Counted from the stretch's first letter, positions 48,538 through 57,732 are shown. The stretch is 64,000 nucleotides of DNA from Candidatus Woesebacteria bacterium (GCA_016432365.1 CP066686.1:64355-128354), one strand, 5' to 3'. The notes: generated from the sequence alone by a model not told the origin. Numbers and translations are program-made.

Positions 48538-49599
48538 CTACAGATCAAACAATTCATTATCGGAGAAAAAAATTGTATCAGAGACGTTGGGAACATCCGC
48601 AGCAAGCATAACCAGCCTATCAACCCCAACGGCAATTCCGGACGACATTGGCATTCCGCTTTTGAGCGCGTCAACAAAATCTTCATCAATAGGGAAATCG
48701 GTTTTGCCCAGCTTTTTTCTTTCAGCTAAATCTGCCTCGAACCTTTTATGCTGCGCCTCAGCATCAGTTAATTCGCTAAAACAATTTCCAAGTTCCACCC
48801 CAGCCAAAAACACTTCAAATCGTTCCGCAAACCTTGGGTCTTCTTTCTTGGGTCGGCTTAAGGATGCCTGGGCCAGTGGATAATCATAAATAAATGTAGG
48901 CTTATGAGAATCTCTTATTTTAGTTTCGATCTCATTCAAAAATATTTGATAAAACATCTGTTCCCAAGTCGTATTTTCCTTGTCCGCCAAAGCCTTGGCG
49001 TCGGCGGGTTCAACAACATATCCCTTGGCTCGCCCAGCATTCAGTAATTTTTCTTCGGAAAGAAGTGTTTCAATGTCAATTCCTGCAAATTTTTCAAACG
49101 CTTCCGCCACTGTTATTCTCGGCCAAGGAAGAGACAAATCATATTCCTGCCCTTGATACACCATTTTTTCTTTACCAACTATTTCCAAAAATAAGTGTTC
49201 AAAATCCTTCATTGTGTCCTTATAATCGGCATTAACTCTATACCACTCAAGTATGGTAAATTCGGGAGAATGAAGTCGGCTTACTTCTTCTTCATTACGA
49301 AACGAGTGTGTTATCTCGAATAAACTCCCCACCCCGGCAGCAAGCAGTCTTTTGTGCGCATATTCCGGAGAAGATATCAAAAACGCTCTTTTTTGTTTTC
49401 CGGTTGATGTCCTCAACTGAGTCTCAAACACCTCCAAATTGGGTTCTATTGAAGGAACAGGAACCATAACCGGCGTAAAAACTTCATGAAACCCTTCCTT
49501 TTTGAAAAAGTCACGTATGGTTTGTATTACTTTTTCTCGAACAAAATAGTTTTTTAATAAATCAGGATTTTTTTTGATTTTCTGCCAAGTTTTGTCCAT
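48538..49599 (-). CDS. epmA: EF-P lysine aminoacylase EpmA/GenX
   Basis: LysRS-like catalytic domain only: SPEYAHKRLLAAG, FRNEE...H.PEFT.LEWY, RFEVF..GVELGN.F.EL, GIAVGVDRL; start MDKT at 49599. Confidence 0.93.
   Translation of the reverse strand: MDKTWQKIKKNPDLLKNYFVREKVIQTIRDFFKKEGFHEVFTPVMVPVPSIEPNLEVFETQLRTSTGKQKRAFLISSPEYAHKRLLAAGVGSLFEITHSFRNEEEVSRLHSPEFTILEWYRVNADYKDTMKDFEHLFLEIVGKEKMVYQGQEYDLSLPWPRITVAEAFEKFAGIDIETLLSEEKLLNAGRAKGYVVEPADAKALADKENTTWEQMFYQIFLNEIETKIRDSHKPTFIYDYPLAQASLSRPKKEDPRFAERFEVFLAGVELGNCFSELTDAEAQHKRFEADLAERKKLGKTDFPIDEDFVDALKSGMPMSSGIAVGVDRLVMLAADVPNVSDTIFFSDNELFDL
48980..49008 (-). repeat. In-frame palindromic element, copy 4 (in epmA)
   Basis: CCCGCCGACGCCAAGGCTTTGGCGGACAA encoding PADAKALADK. 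Confidence 0.7.
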
Positions 49600-49667
49600 T
49601 TTCAGTGTGATTTTAGCACATGAATCACCCACCCGCTCAAAAAAATGTTAATATTCACTAGACAAAA

Positions 49668-50819
49668 ATGAAAAGATCAAGAACTATAGATATTTTTTTA
49701 CTAATATCAGTCGGCGTCTTGATAAGGTTTGGGCTTTTTAAATTGCTGGGAGAGGAAATAAACACATTCACGAGACTTTTTGGAACTGTCTCAATCTTAG
49801 TTGTTGGAGCCTTAGTTCTAAAGGGATGCGCCGAAGTAATAGAAGAGACAACAGATATCTTGTCCCGCAGAACCAAACTTGCCGGAGGTTTTTTGCAGTC
49901 TATCGGCACCGCCTTTCCGGATATGGCAATCGGAATCGTCGCTGCTTTGGTAAGTTTACAACTACGCCATACTGATTATGCCTTAGCCGTATCGTTTGCC
50001 ATTATTGCCGCCGCTACCACCTTCGGCTCAAATATTTATAATATTGCCCATGCTGCATGGTGTATTTTCCGGCAAAATCTGGCAAACAACCTAAACCGGG
50101 ATGTGTTGATGTTTCCTCCTTTTGTAAAAGGAGGGACAGTCAGACCGCTCAAAAATCATATAGCTAAGCCAACTTCTAAAGAAATCGATACTTCAATCGA
50201 TATTTTAAATGCCCTGACGATAATTACTGCAATAGTAGCAATTTCCATGGTTCTTTTTGGAAAAGTCGCATCTCCCCCGGAGGGAATGGCGGGCGACCTT
50301 TACCAGCTCATTCGCCCTGTGGGTTTTGTTGTATTCTTTTTGTCTGCTCTGGTTGTGTTCTATTTTAGAAAAACCCAAAGAGCAATAACCAGTGACGAAG
50401 AAAGAGTTCACGAAAAAATGTACTACTCAGGTAAATCAAATTTGCTTATATCTTCCCACCTGATTCTTTCCGGAGTTTCTATCCTTTTGGCGGCAGAAAG
50501 TATGGTTCACGCCGTCCAGGTATTTTGCGAGATTACCAACTTGCCAACTGTCGTTGCCGGTGTTTTTGCGGGGCTTATTGGCTGCTTGGGGGAAATGTTG
50601 GTTGTCCACAACTACTCAATAAGTCCGAAGGGTAGAATTGCGGACGCAATAGTCGGAGTTGGTATGGATAATATAGTTACAACTATCGGAGCCTCAATTG
50701 TAGCAATAATGGGAGGGATTTTCCTTGGAGGAAACGCCTTAATTCTCATTTTCGTTATCATTTTAGCCCTAAATACATCACTAATTTGGCAAATCTCCCG
50801 CCTCAAAAACTTTCTTTAA
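49668..50819 (+). CDS. Na+/Ca2+ exchanger-like membrane protein
   Basis: About 10 TM segments, alpha-repeat-like GTAFPD and FGSNIYN. Confidence 0.7.
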   Translation: MKRSRTIDIFLLISVGVLIRFGLFKLLGEEINTFTRLFGTVSILVVGALVLKGCAEVIEETTDILSRRTKLAGGFLQSIGTAFPDMAIGIVAALVSLQLRHTDYALAVSFAIIAAATTFGSNIYNIAHAAWCIFRQNLANNLNRDVLMFPPFVKGGTVRPLKNHIAKPTSKEIDTSIDILNALTIITAIVAISMVLFGKVASPPEGMAGDLYQLIRPVGFVVFFLSALVVFYFRKTQRAITSDEERVHEKMYYSGKSNLLISSHLILSGVSILLAAESMVHAVQVFCEITNLPTVVAGVFAGLIGCLGEMLVVHNYSISPKGRIADAIVGVGMDNIVTTIGASIVAIMGGIFLGGNALILIFVIILALNTSLIWQISRLKNFL

Positions 50820-50837
50820 TTTAACTTGGCAGCAATC

Positions 50838-50866
50838 TTGACATAGCTAAATGTGATCTATATACT
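50838..50866 (+). promoter_or_regulatory. Sigma70 promoter
   Basis: TTGACA (50838-50843), 17 nt, TATACT (50861-50866). Confidence 0.65.
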
Positions 50867-50875
50867 ACAGGACTT

Positions 50876-51586
50876 ATGACGGCCGAAGCAGTAAATATCA
50901 ACGATGCACTCGTCCAAGAACAAACAGCTTTAAAGGCTGCTGTGGACGGTGGAAATTGGGAGGCTCTGACAGCCGAAGCTTTTCCAATCTTTTCGAGTAA
51001 GCAACCCAGACCTTTTTACCTGGCCAGATATGGAATGATTAATGCTGAAATACAAAGTCTAAGCCAAGGCCCGGCAGTCGGACTCATGGATGAGGCTTCT
51101 CAAAGTACACTCCGTGGTAGAATGATTGAGCTAGGGGCGGCCGCGTCAGAAACCATCAAGCTCCTCTACCCCAATGTTAAGCCGGTCCCTCAAGAAACGT
51201 TTCCCGTAACCCCAGACACAATCGAGACTATTGAGGCTTTTGTAGCTAACGGAGCAATTGACCAACTGAATGAGGAGTCGATTCCGGGATGGGACAACCT
51301 GGCTGCAGATCAAAGGCTTCTTTACCGGCTCAGCGCACTACAAACATATTATGACAAATGGCAAGATAGCGCCAATAACGATTCTTTGAACGAAATTGCC
51401 CCTCTTGGATTTACCTCAACTCCAGACAGTCTCGTTCGCCGGGTTAAAAACGTAACTGAGGTTGTTCAAGAAAAAATAATTGAAAGACATCTGACCGAGT
51501 GGCTTAAAGAAGCGGAGGAACTAGGTCTAAATGATAACCCGACCGTCCAAACCGCCAAAAAGCTTCTAGACTCAAAAAATAAATAA
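50876..51586 (+). CDS. Hypothetical helical protein
   Basis: 236-aa ORF ending 1 nt before the next start. Confidence 0.75.
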   Translation: MTAEAVNINDALVQEQTALKAAVDGGNWEALTAEAFPIFSSKQPRPFYLARYGMINAEIQSLSQGPAVGLMDEASQSTLRGRMIELGAAASETIKLLYPNVKPVPQETFPVTPDTIETIEAFVANGAIDQLNEESIPGWDNLAADQRLLYRLSALQTYYDKWQDSANNDSLNEIAPLGFTSTPDSLVRRVKNVTEVVQEKIIERHLTEWLKEAEELGLNDNPTVQTAKKLLDSKNK

Positions 51587-51587
51587 A

Positions 51588-53069
51588 ATGGAAAGATTAC
51601 ACGGACAAAAATCGTATGAACAAGAATTGAGAAACGAGCTCAAAAACCCTGCCTTTAAAGAGGTTTTTGGGTATCGAAACGGATATCTCGTCCTGAATCC
51701 CATAGAGGGTTACAGAAAAAATGAGATCAGGATGGTCGACCTTCTCAATAAATATGGAGAAGGAGGAGCTATTCAAGTAACCGATCTTGGAATGATAAAA
51801 AAACGTGCCCATCAGCTAAAAGAAATTTTATGGAAAAGCGCGGATTCTGTCGGTTATCCCAAAAACAAAATACAACCCCACCACGCTTTCAAAGTAAACA
51901 TTAAAGGCCCTAACATTTTGTCCGCTCTCTCAGAATTGGAAGCTGAAACAAGTTGGGAATTTGATCTTTTTAATGTTCAAAAGATGAGGCGCAGAGGTTA
52001 TGTTCGTGAAGACATTAAGGTTGTGAGCAATGGTTTCATATTCGATTGGAAGCAGGGAAAAGACCCGAGTTATGCACGTAGGATAATTGATGCCCACAAC
52101 GAAGGAATTGATATTACTCCGATTTTGGGACCGCACATGCTTCCATACTTTCAGAAAAATGTGAACAAAGGTGTATTAAGCGTAGGCCTGAGGTTAAAAT
52201 TCGGTCAGGTGTCGAGCGACGCCGAGCTGGAAAAATTGGTATCCCGATTCGGATTCGGATGGACTGATTTACAAAAAGAGGCACAACTTATAAAAAATTC
52301 GCGGAATGTTGAATTTACCATGCTCCACGCAATGATCACGGCAGCACACACGATTGAGCCCCAGGCAATGGCCAAAAGTGCCCTGTTTGCGGCCGAAAAA
52401 TGGGCTCAACTCAAAAAAGTTCACCCGAGTTTGACTCATCTTAATTTTGGCGGAGGTTTCCCCACAATAGACAGTGGATTTGACCATGATGCCTTCCTGA
52501 AAATTTATTTTTCCGGAATAACGGAAATATGCATGCGTTATGGAGTAGATTTACCTACCGTAGTCATAGAAAGTGGAAGTTTTGTGGCAGCAGACACTGA
52601 ACACTTGATATACCCTGTCGTAGACACATATAAAAATAGTTCAAACCCCTACACAGAAGTGAATGTTACCAATACAATTATGGATTTGGCGGATATATGG
52701 GTACAGGAAGACCCTTTCACCTTTGTAGCTATCGATCATGCTAATGATGCCCCAATTCAGGTACGTTTAGGGGACACCACCTGTGATTCAAACTGCACCT
52801 ACCCACCCAAAAACCAACCTGACAGGTATATATCCATGCCGGAAAACACTAGCGCAGTTGTTGCTATTATGGTTGGAGCATATCAAGACGTTTTGGGAAC
52901 GATCGCCGCTCAAGGTGAGGCAAAAAGTGTCGAACACTGCGGCCTTAGAACTCCAAAGCAAGTTTATATTACAGAAACAGGACAGATATGGACCAATACT
53001 TTGCCTTCCATGGAAGAAATGAGCAATATTGCAGGTTATAACGACAAAATGCTCTCTTTGGTGAAGTAA
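51588..53069 (+). CDS. PLP-dependent fold-III decarboxylase (arginine/ornithine/DAP decarboxylase family, SpeA-like)
   Basis: AFKVN (PLP Lys), SRFG, HLNFGGGF, IESG, TCDS, VGAYQ. Confidence 0.8.
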   Translation: MERLHGQKSYEQELRNELKNPAFKEVFGYRNGYLVLNPIEGYRKNEIRMVDLLNKYGEGGAIQVTDLGMIKKRAHQLKEILWKSADSVGYPKNKIQPHHAFKVNIKGPNILSALSELEAETSWEFDLFNVQKMRRRGYVREDIKVVSNGFIFDWKQGKDPSYARRIIDAHNEGIDITPILGPHMLPYFQKNVNKGVLSVGLRLKFGQVSSDAELEKLVSRFGFGWTDLQKEAQLIKNSRNVEFTMLHAMITAAHTIEPQAMAKSALFAAEKWAQLKKVHPSLTHLNFGGGFPTIDSGFDHDAFLKIYFSGITEICMRYGVDLPTVVIESGSFVAADTEHLIYPVVDTYKNSSNPYTEVNVTNTIMDLADIWVQEDPFTFVAIDHANDAPIQVRLGDTTCDSNCTYPPKNQPDRYISMPENTSAVVAIMVGAYQDVLGTIAAQGEAKSVEHCGLRTPKQVYITETGQIWTNTLPSMEEMSNIAGYNDKMLSLVK

Positions 53070-53099
53070 AATTCTACTGTTACAATCAAACCTATAGGT

Positions 53100-53179
53100 T
53101 TGACATTCGCCTTCACTTGATATAAAATCTCCCGGCAAATTAACCCTCCCTGGTTATTTGGACTTTTTGTTCTTTAACA
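53100..53179 (+). promoter_or_regulatory. Promoter plus consensus boxA
   Basis: TTGACA (53100-53105), 17 nt, TAAAAT (53123-53128), TGTTCTTTAACA (53168-53179). Confidence 0.7.
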
Positions 53180-53333
53180 AAATCTACAGACACCACATCC
53201 ATGAATTGAGTTCCAAACTGTGGTGTATGCTCAAGAAATCACTTAGTCCAACTTTTCAATAAAAAGAAGTGATTTCTTTATCTGTTTAATTGACCAAAAA
53301 CCAGGCCTACTTTTCATTCAAAGGAGAAAGAAA

Positions 53334-55223
53334 ATGGCAAATCCTCGTTTTAATGGCGTCAGGCCACCGTCTCGACCTGTCAGATTACCGCTTCCGACAG
53401 AAGCTGCGCAGCCACAGCGAAACCAGCGCCCCCCGCTTCGACCAGCTTTTGTGGCCGGTATTGTGTTCGTCGTGTTGTGCCTGCTCGTGAGCTCAGTCGG
53501 CTCGTACATTTGGTTTAACCGACCGAGTCAGCCAACCGAGCCTACCCCGACAGGACAGTCAGGTGGATTTGAACAGCCTACATCGGTCTTCGTTCCCGGT
53601 TCTTCGCCGACCCAAATCGCGATTCCTACTGGACCAAAAGCGCCAGTCACGATTGGATTTGTTTACTATGTCGGATATTACGAAGTGCCCTTGATGGCGC
53701 GCCTGAACAATCCCTACTATCAGGCAGTTCCTGTTCCGTTCGAATTCCAGGCAGAAGAAAACGGTGCGATACTGACTAAGGGTTCCGAATCCGAACAAAT
53801 CGAGATGCTTCGCAACGGCGAGATCGACATCTTGCTTACAACCAGCGATGTACTGGCCAGATACCCGACCATCGGAAAAGGTGTTGTCGTTTGGGATCGT
53901 AGCCATGGTGTTGACCAAATTTGGCTTTCGAATAATGGTCGCACACAAAGCTGTGCCGGACGCCCACTCAAAATCTTTAACGATCTTGGTGCAAAATACG
54001 ACACGAGCGGCGCCATGATGCAATCGCCCTGCGTTATAGCAGTGGTATTCAACTCTGTAAGCGAATACTACGCCCTGAGCTACACCAAAATCACCGGTAT
54101 GACCAAAAACGACATTACCTTCGCTTACTACGATACAGCGGCAGAAGCTGTAGCTGCTTTCAACAATGGCGAAGCCGATGCCGTTGCTTGTTGGGAACCT
54201 GACTGCCAAAGTGCCAACGATGGCAAATCTTTTAAACTGACAAGCACCATTGACCTGCACACGATTTATGACGTCATCTTGGTTTCACGTCAAGCCGACC
54301 AAAACAAGAAACCGTTGGTAATCGAAGCTTTGGCCGACCTCTTTGCTGTACGCAACATGTTCCTTGCAGACCCAGAAGGTACGGCAGAACTTGTTGCTCA
54401 GTGGCAATTCACGGCGCCGACGGAACCTACCAGTTGGTGGCTTGGCCCAACAGACGGTGCCACCTACTCTACAAACTGGTGGACTGGTGTCTCCTCCGGT
54501 ACGGCCTACGATGATATGCAGTACTGGGGCTTGGGTGGAATTGCGCAGGCTAAGTTTGACCACAACCTTGTTTATCTTTCAAGTCCTGATCTGTGGTGGG
54601 ATAACCTTGAACTTGAACGCAAAGTCTGGGAATGGGGCGGCGCACAACTGGAAACACCATTCGATCCTAAAACAATGGTTGATACGTCTTACTTGCAAGC
54701 GCTTTCCGGTCGCAAAAATCTGTATGCGCCCAAAGGCATGTCTTTCTTAGACAACACCTTCTCACCGTTCCCGCCCGAGGCGGCACTGCTACCGGAGACA
54801 ACTCGTGTTATTGCCGAATATGCATGTCCAAATGTATTTTTTGGCCCTAACGCAACCACCATCCCTCAAGGAAGTGTGCAACAACCGAATCCTCAATACG
54901 TGGCCTTTGTCGACTGTGTCAAAACATTGATTCAGGTCATGAATGAGGCCGATGTCCGTATTGAGATCGTCGGTTCTGCCGCTAACCCTGATCCAGCGAT
55001 CTTTGGATCACTCTACGCTCATTGCGGCGAGCTCACGGATGACGACTACTGTTTGAAAATCGCAAAAGGGCGAGCAAATTGGGCCTGGAACGAGCTTGTG
55101 AATCTGAGTTTTGATATGACTCGCGTCACGATGTCTACCGAAGTTGGACCACGCACAAGCAGTCAAAGTGTGATGTCCGACAGCCGGTTCATCATTATCA
55201 GAATCCTGGCTGCAGGTTCCTAA
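53334..55223 (+). CDS. Membrane-anchored NMT1/SsuA-like solute-binding protein with C-terminal OmpA-C-like domain
   Basis: TM, Pro/Thr linker, DRSHGVD, AF..GEADAV.CWEP, IYDVILV, then VFF...ATTI, IEIVGSA, IAKGRA; AAAGGAGAAA SD. Confidence 0.7.
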   Translation: MANPRFNGVRPPSRPVRLPLPTEAAQPQRNQRPPLRPAFVAGIVFVVLCLLVSSVGSYIWFNRPSQPTEPTPTGQSGGFEQPTSVFVPGSSPTQIAIPTGPKAPVTIGFVYYVGYYEVPLMARLNNPYYQAVPVPFEFQAEENGAILTKGSESEQIEMLRNGEIDILLTTSDVLARYPTIGKGVVVWDRSHGVDQIWLSNNGRTQSCAGRPLKIFNDLGAKYDTSGAMMQSPCVIAVVFNSVSEYYALSYTKITGMTKNDITFAYYDTAAEAVAAFNNGEADAVACWEPDCQSANDGKSFKLTSTIDLHTIYDVILVSRQADQNKKPLVIEALADLFAVRNMFLADPEGTAELVAQWQFTAPTEPTSWWLGPTDGATYSTNWWTGVSSGTAYDDMQYWGLGGIAQAKFDHNLVYLSSPDLWWDNLELERKVWEWGGAQLETPFDPKTMVDTSYLQALSGRKNLYAPKGMSFLDNTFSPFPPEAALLPETTRVIAEYACPNVFFGPNATTIPQGSVQQPNPQYVAFVDCVKTLIQVMNEADVRIEIVGSAANPDPAIFGSLYAHCGELTDDDYCLKIAKGRANWAWNELVNLSFDMTRVTMSTEVGPRTSSQSVMSDSRFIIIRILAAGS

Positions 55224-55250
55224 GTTCTAGGATAGATTTGAAGTAAGTTA

Positions 55251-55307
55251 TGCCGGTACGGTTAACGTTGACACAAAGTCAGCAACAACCGTACCGGCAA
55301 TTTTTTT
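55251..55307 (+). terminator. Intrinsic terminator
   Basis: TGCCGGTACGGTT...AACCGTACCGGCA followed by a T tract. Confidence 0.8.
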
Positions 55308-55309
55308 GG

Positions 55310-56101
55310 TTATTCTCGCCTTCCGTTAGCAAAACTTTCACTGGCCTCATCGTAAAATCTCTGAATAAGATACCTCAACTGAACCAGATTTAAGTAAGCA
55401 ATCCTGTCGGATGGATTGGCAATTTTTCCACGGCCATCTGCGCTGTCTCCAATTTTGTTTAACTCTGCGTCCGCAATTGCATTAGTTACCAGATCAGAAT
55501 ACCCCTTTTGATCAGCCACGTTTTGTTTTTCATCTATTTCCGAAAGAGCATTAATAACTTTTAGCAAAAAACTCCTATAAGCCAGTTCGTTTGAAGGGTT
55601 ACCTGCGGGATCAAAAAGAATTATGCTAAGCCTCTGACTTTCCGATTGCGGAATTATCAAACTGTATGACTCCGACTCCCCGCTTCCCCAATTTATCTGC
55701 TTTTCAAGAATTGCCTTTAGTAAATCGAGTTCTTCAACCTCAATAATCTCTATTTCTCCACTGGTATTTACACAAGCCAACGAAAGCACATCCTCACTAA
55801 ATTGATTACCGTTATCCCGATTGTCTATAGGCCTCGACATTTCAGTAAAATCGAAAGCTACCGGAGTGAATGAAAGCTCCTCAGTCGTTAAAGTCAAGGG
55901 TTGCGGGTCTACCCCTCTTTCCATTTCCCCCGCATTTGAAGTTAGTAGTCTCCTATTTGTGACCACGGTAGGATACCCGGCTTCGTCCCATCCAAAATGA
56001 AGAATTTGACCACGACCTCCCCTTCCAGCTACCTGGACAAGACCGAAAACATAATTTAGTTGTCTATTAGGCTGCCTAGTCTCAATTTCAATGTTTGCCA
56101 T
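55310..56101 (-). CDS. Hypothetical protein
   Basis: 263-aa ORF; no family recognised. Confidence 0.7.
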   Translation of the reverse strand: MANIEIETRQPNRQLNYVFGLVQVAGRGGRGQILHFGWDEAGYPTVVTNRRLLTSNAGEMERGVDPQPLTLTTEELSFTPVAFDFTEMSRPIDNRDNGNQFSEDVLSLACVNTSGEIEIIEVEELDLLKAILEKQINWGSGESESYSLIIPQSESQRLSIILFDPAGNPSNELAYRSFLLKVINALSEIDEKQNVADQKGYSDLVTNAIADAELNKIGDSADGRGKIANPSDRIAYLNLVQLRYLIQRFYDEASESFANGRRE

Positions 56102-56133
56102 ATTTATTTTCTAAAAATATTTAAATGTAAATC

Positions 56134-56172
56134 CTGTTGCCGGGTAGTTTATATAAACCTATCCGGCAACAG
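56134..56172. terminator. Hairpin downstream of 56184-57158
   Basis: CTGTTGCCGGGTAG...CTATCCGGCAACAG. Confidence 0.6.
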
Positions 56173-56183
56173 AGTGTAACTTA

Positions 56184-57158
56184 CTATCCTTTATACCCCC
56201 GGGCATACTCATCGGCCTCGGCCAGCGTCGAGCGAACCGACTGATACTTCGCAACTTCCGCCGCAAACTTCTCCACCTCAGCCTGGGCAACTCCCTTGAT
56301 GGTTGCGGAATTCCCAATCTGATTGGCGGCAAGCGCATTGGCGCCGTAAAGCATGTTCTGAATTCGTTCCACGTTCCAGGTCATGTTTGCCAACTGCTTT
56401 AGAACCGCGTCAGGATCGCCGAGCTTGGCCTCCAGTTGTTCCATGAACGTGAGTTGTTTCAAGAGAAGAACAACATCCTCAGACTTCATGTCGAGAACAG
56501 GCAAGGTCGCCCAATCCAGAACAACCGGTGATTCGGCAGGAGCCGCGTAAGCGATCTTGCGGAATGCCGAACCGAGCTTGCCGCGCCAATAGGCAATTCC
56601 TGTTTCCGCGACCGGACGGGACTGCTCTTCCTTCCACAAATCGACAACCCTGATAACAGGCGGGTTTTTTGTCAGATCGTTGAAGAAATCGAACTGCCCG
56701 GCTACACGGTCTTGAATCTTCTGCGCCGGCGCTTGTGCGAGATCCTGTTCGTCAAACTCGGCCTTTGCAATGCGGTCAAGCTCCTCGAATGCCTCAGGAT
56801 TCATCTCCCGCGTGGTGCGCTTCGAGATTCTGTCCGCGAGTTCCATTCCCTGGTTAGCCACAACCACCAAACAATCAGCAATGGCTTTTTGCACCGAGGA
56901 AGGGGTCACGCCGTCGATCGACGCTTGCATCATTGTAAACGCCAGATCAACATCCAGTCCCAATCTGTTATTGGTGAGCAGGATGGCTGCAAGACGAACC
57001 TTACCCATGATCATTTTGAGATTGGGCACGTCCGCCACCCAGGCTTTTACCAGATCTTCTGCATCCAAAACCTGCGGTCCGGTTGCGGAAACTGGCTCGG
57101 CTACAGCCTGAACGGGCACCGCCGTGCCAGGTTTTTCGTCCTTACTTTTTGGGGTCAT
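56184..57158 (-). CDS. Hypothetical helical protein ending in Gly
   Basis: 324-aa ORF, AAAAGGAGAAAA SD, Ala-rich amphipathic helices. Confidence 0.8.
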   Translation of the reverse strand: MTPKSKDEKPGTAVPVQAVAEPVSATGPQVLDAEDLVKAWVADVPNLKMIMGKVRLAAILLTNNRLGLDVDLAFTMMQASIDGVTPSSVQKAIADCLVVVANQGMELADRISKRTTREMNPEAFEELDRIAKAEFDEQDLAQAPAQKIQDRVAGQFDFFNDLTKNPPVIRVVDLWKEEQSRPVAETGIAYWRGKLGSAFRKIAYAAPAESPVVLDWATLPVLDMKSEDVVLLLKQLTFMEQLEAKLGDPDAVLKQLANMTWNVERIQNMLYGANALAANQIGNSATIKGVAQAEVEKFAAEVAKYQSVRSTLAEADEYARGYKG

Positions 57159-57296
57159 TGTTTTCTCCTTTTAATCCAAAAGTATTGGTTTGAAACGACA
57201 AAGAGCGATTTGTGATAAAAATCACAAGCTTTTAGTAACCCAGGGAGTTTATAGGATAAAAGAAGAAAAATCAACTATGGGTTGAGGGTTTTTGCC

Positions 57297-57346
57297 AAAA
57301 AAAAGGTGGTACTGTTTTCTGAAATTAATCAGTAACAGTACCACCT
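57297..57346 (-). terminator. Intrinsic terminator of the ubiquitin-like operon
   Basis: Minus strand AGGTGGTACTGTT...AACAGTACCACC followed by T8. Confidence 0.85.
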
Positions 57347-57394
57347 GTCGTGCTAAGTCTCCAGACTAAACTGGATCATCCATATCGTGCGAAA

Positions 57395-57715
57395 TTACTC
57401 GCTGCGCTCTTCGCCTTCTTCAGTGGCCGCAAATTCCGTCTTTTTGACGGCAGCAGCAACTTGGCCGGGCTCGGGCTCAGGAGCGGACTCGGTGGGGGCA
57501 TCTTTGAAGGTCAAAGTGACCTTTTTGCCGCCATCAGGCTGATCTTCGAACTGGCATCCCGTGACGGCCGCCAACAGATCAATGCTCTCAGCAGTGATGT
57601 CGGGCATATCCTTCGGCGTCCAATTGACGACACCGTTTTCGTCGGCCTTGGCGAACAGGGCTTCCCATGTGGCAGCAGGGCCACCGGTCAAATTACCAGG
57701 CATGCGTGTGTTCAT
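57395..57715 (-). CDS. Small acidic protein, last gene of the ubiquitin-like operon
   Basis: AAGGAGAAAAAA SD, 17 nt after the E1 stop, followed by a terminator. Confidence 0.75.
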   Translation of the reverse strand: MNTRMPGNLTGGPAATWEALFAKADENGVVNWTPKDMPDITAESIDLLAAVTGCQFEDQPDGGKKVTLTFKDAPTESAPEPEPGQVAAAVKKTEFAATEEGEERSE

Positions 57716-57732
57716 TTTTTTCTCCTTGTGAA

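Noticed and set aside
53559-54260. 233-aa minus-strand ORF and similar antisense ORFs across the window
   Set aside because: They overlap well-supported genes on the opposite strand and show no motifs
57395-57715. Pup/UBact-like modifier because of the acidic tail ending in Glu
   Set aside because: Lacks the GGE/GGQ or (S/T)GE terminus, and no PafA/Dop or proteasome genes are present
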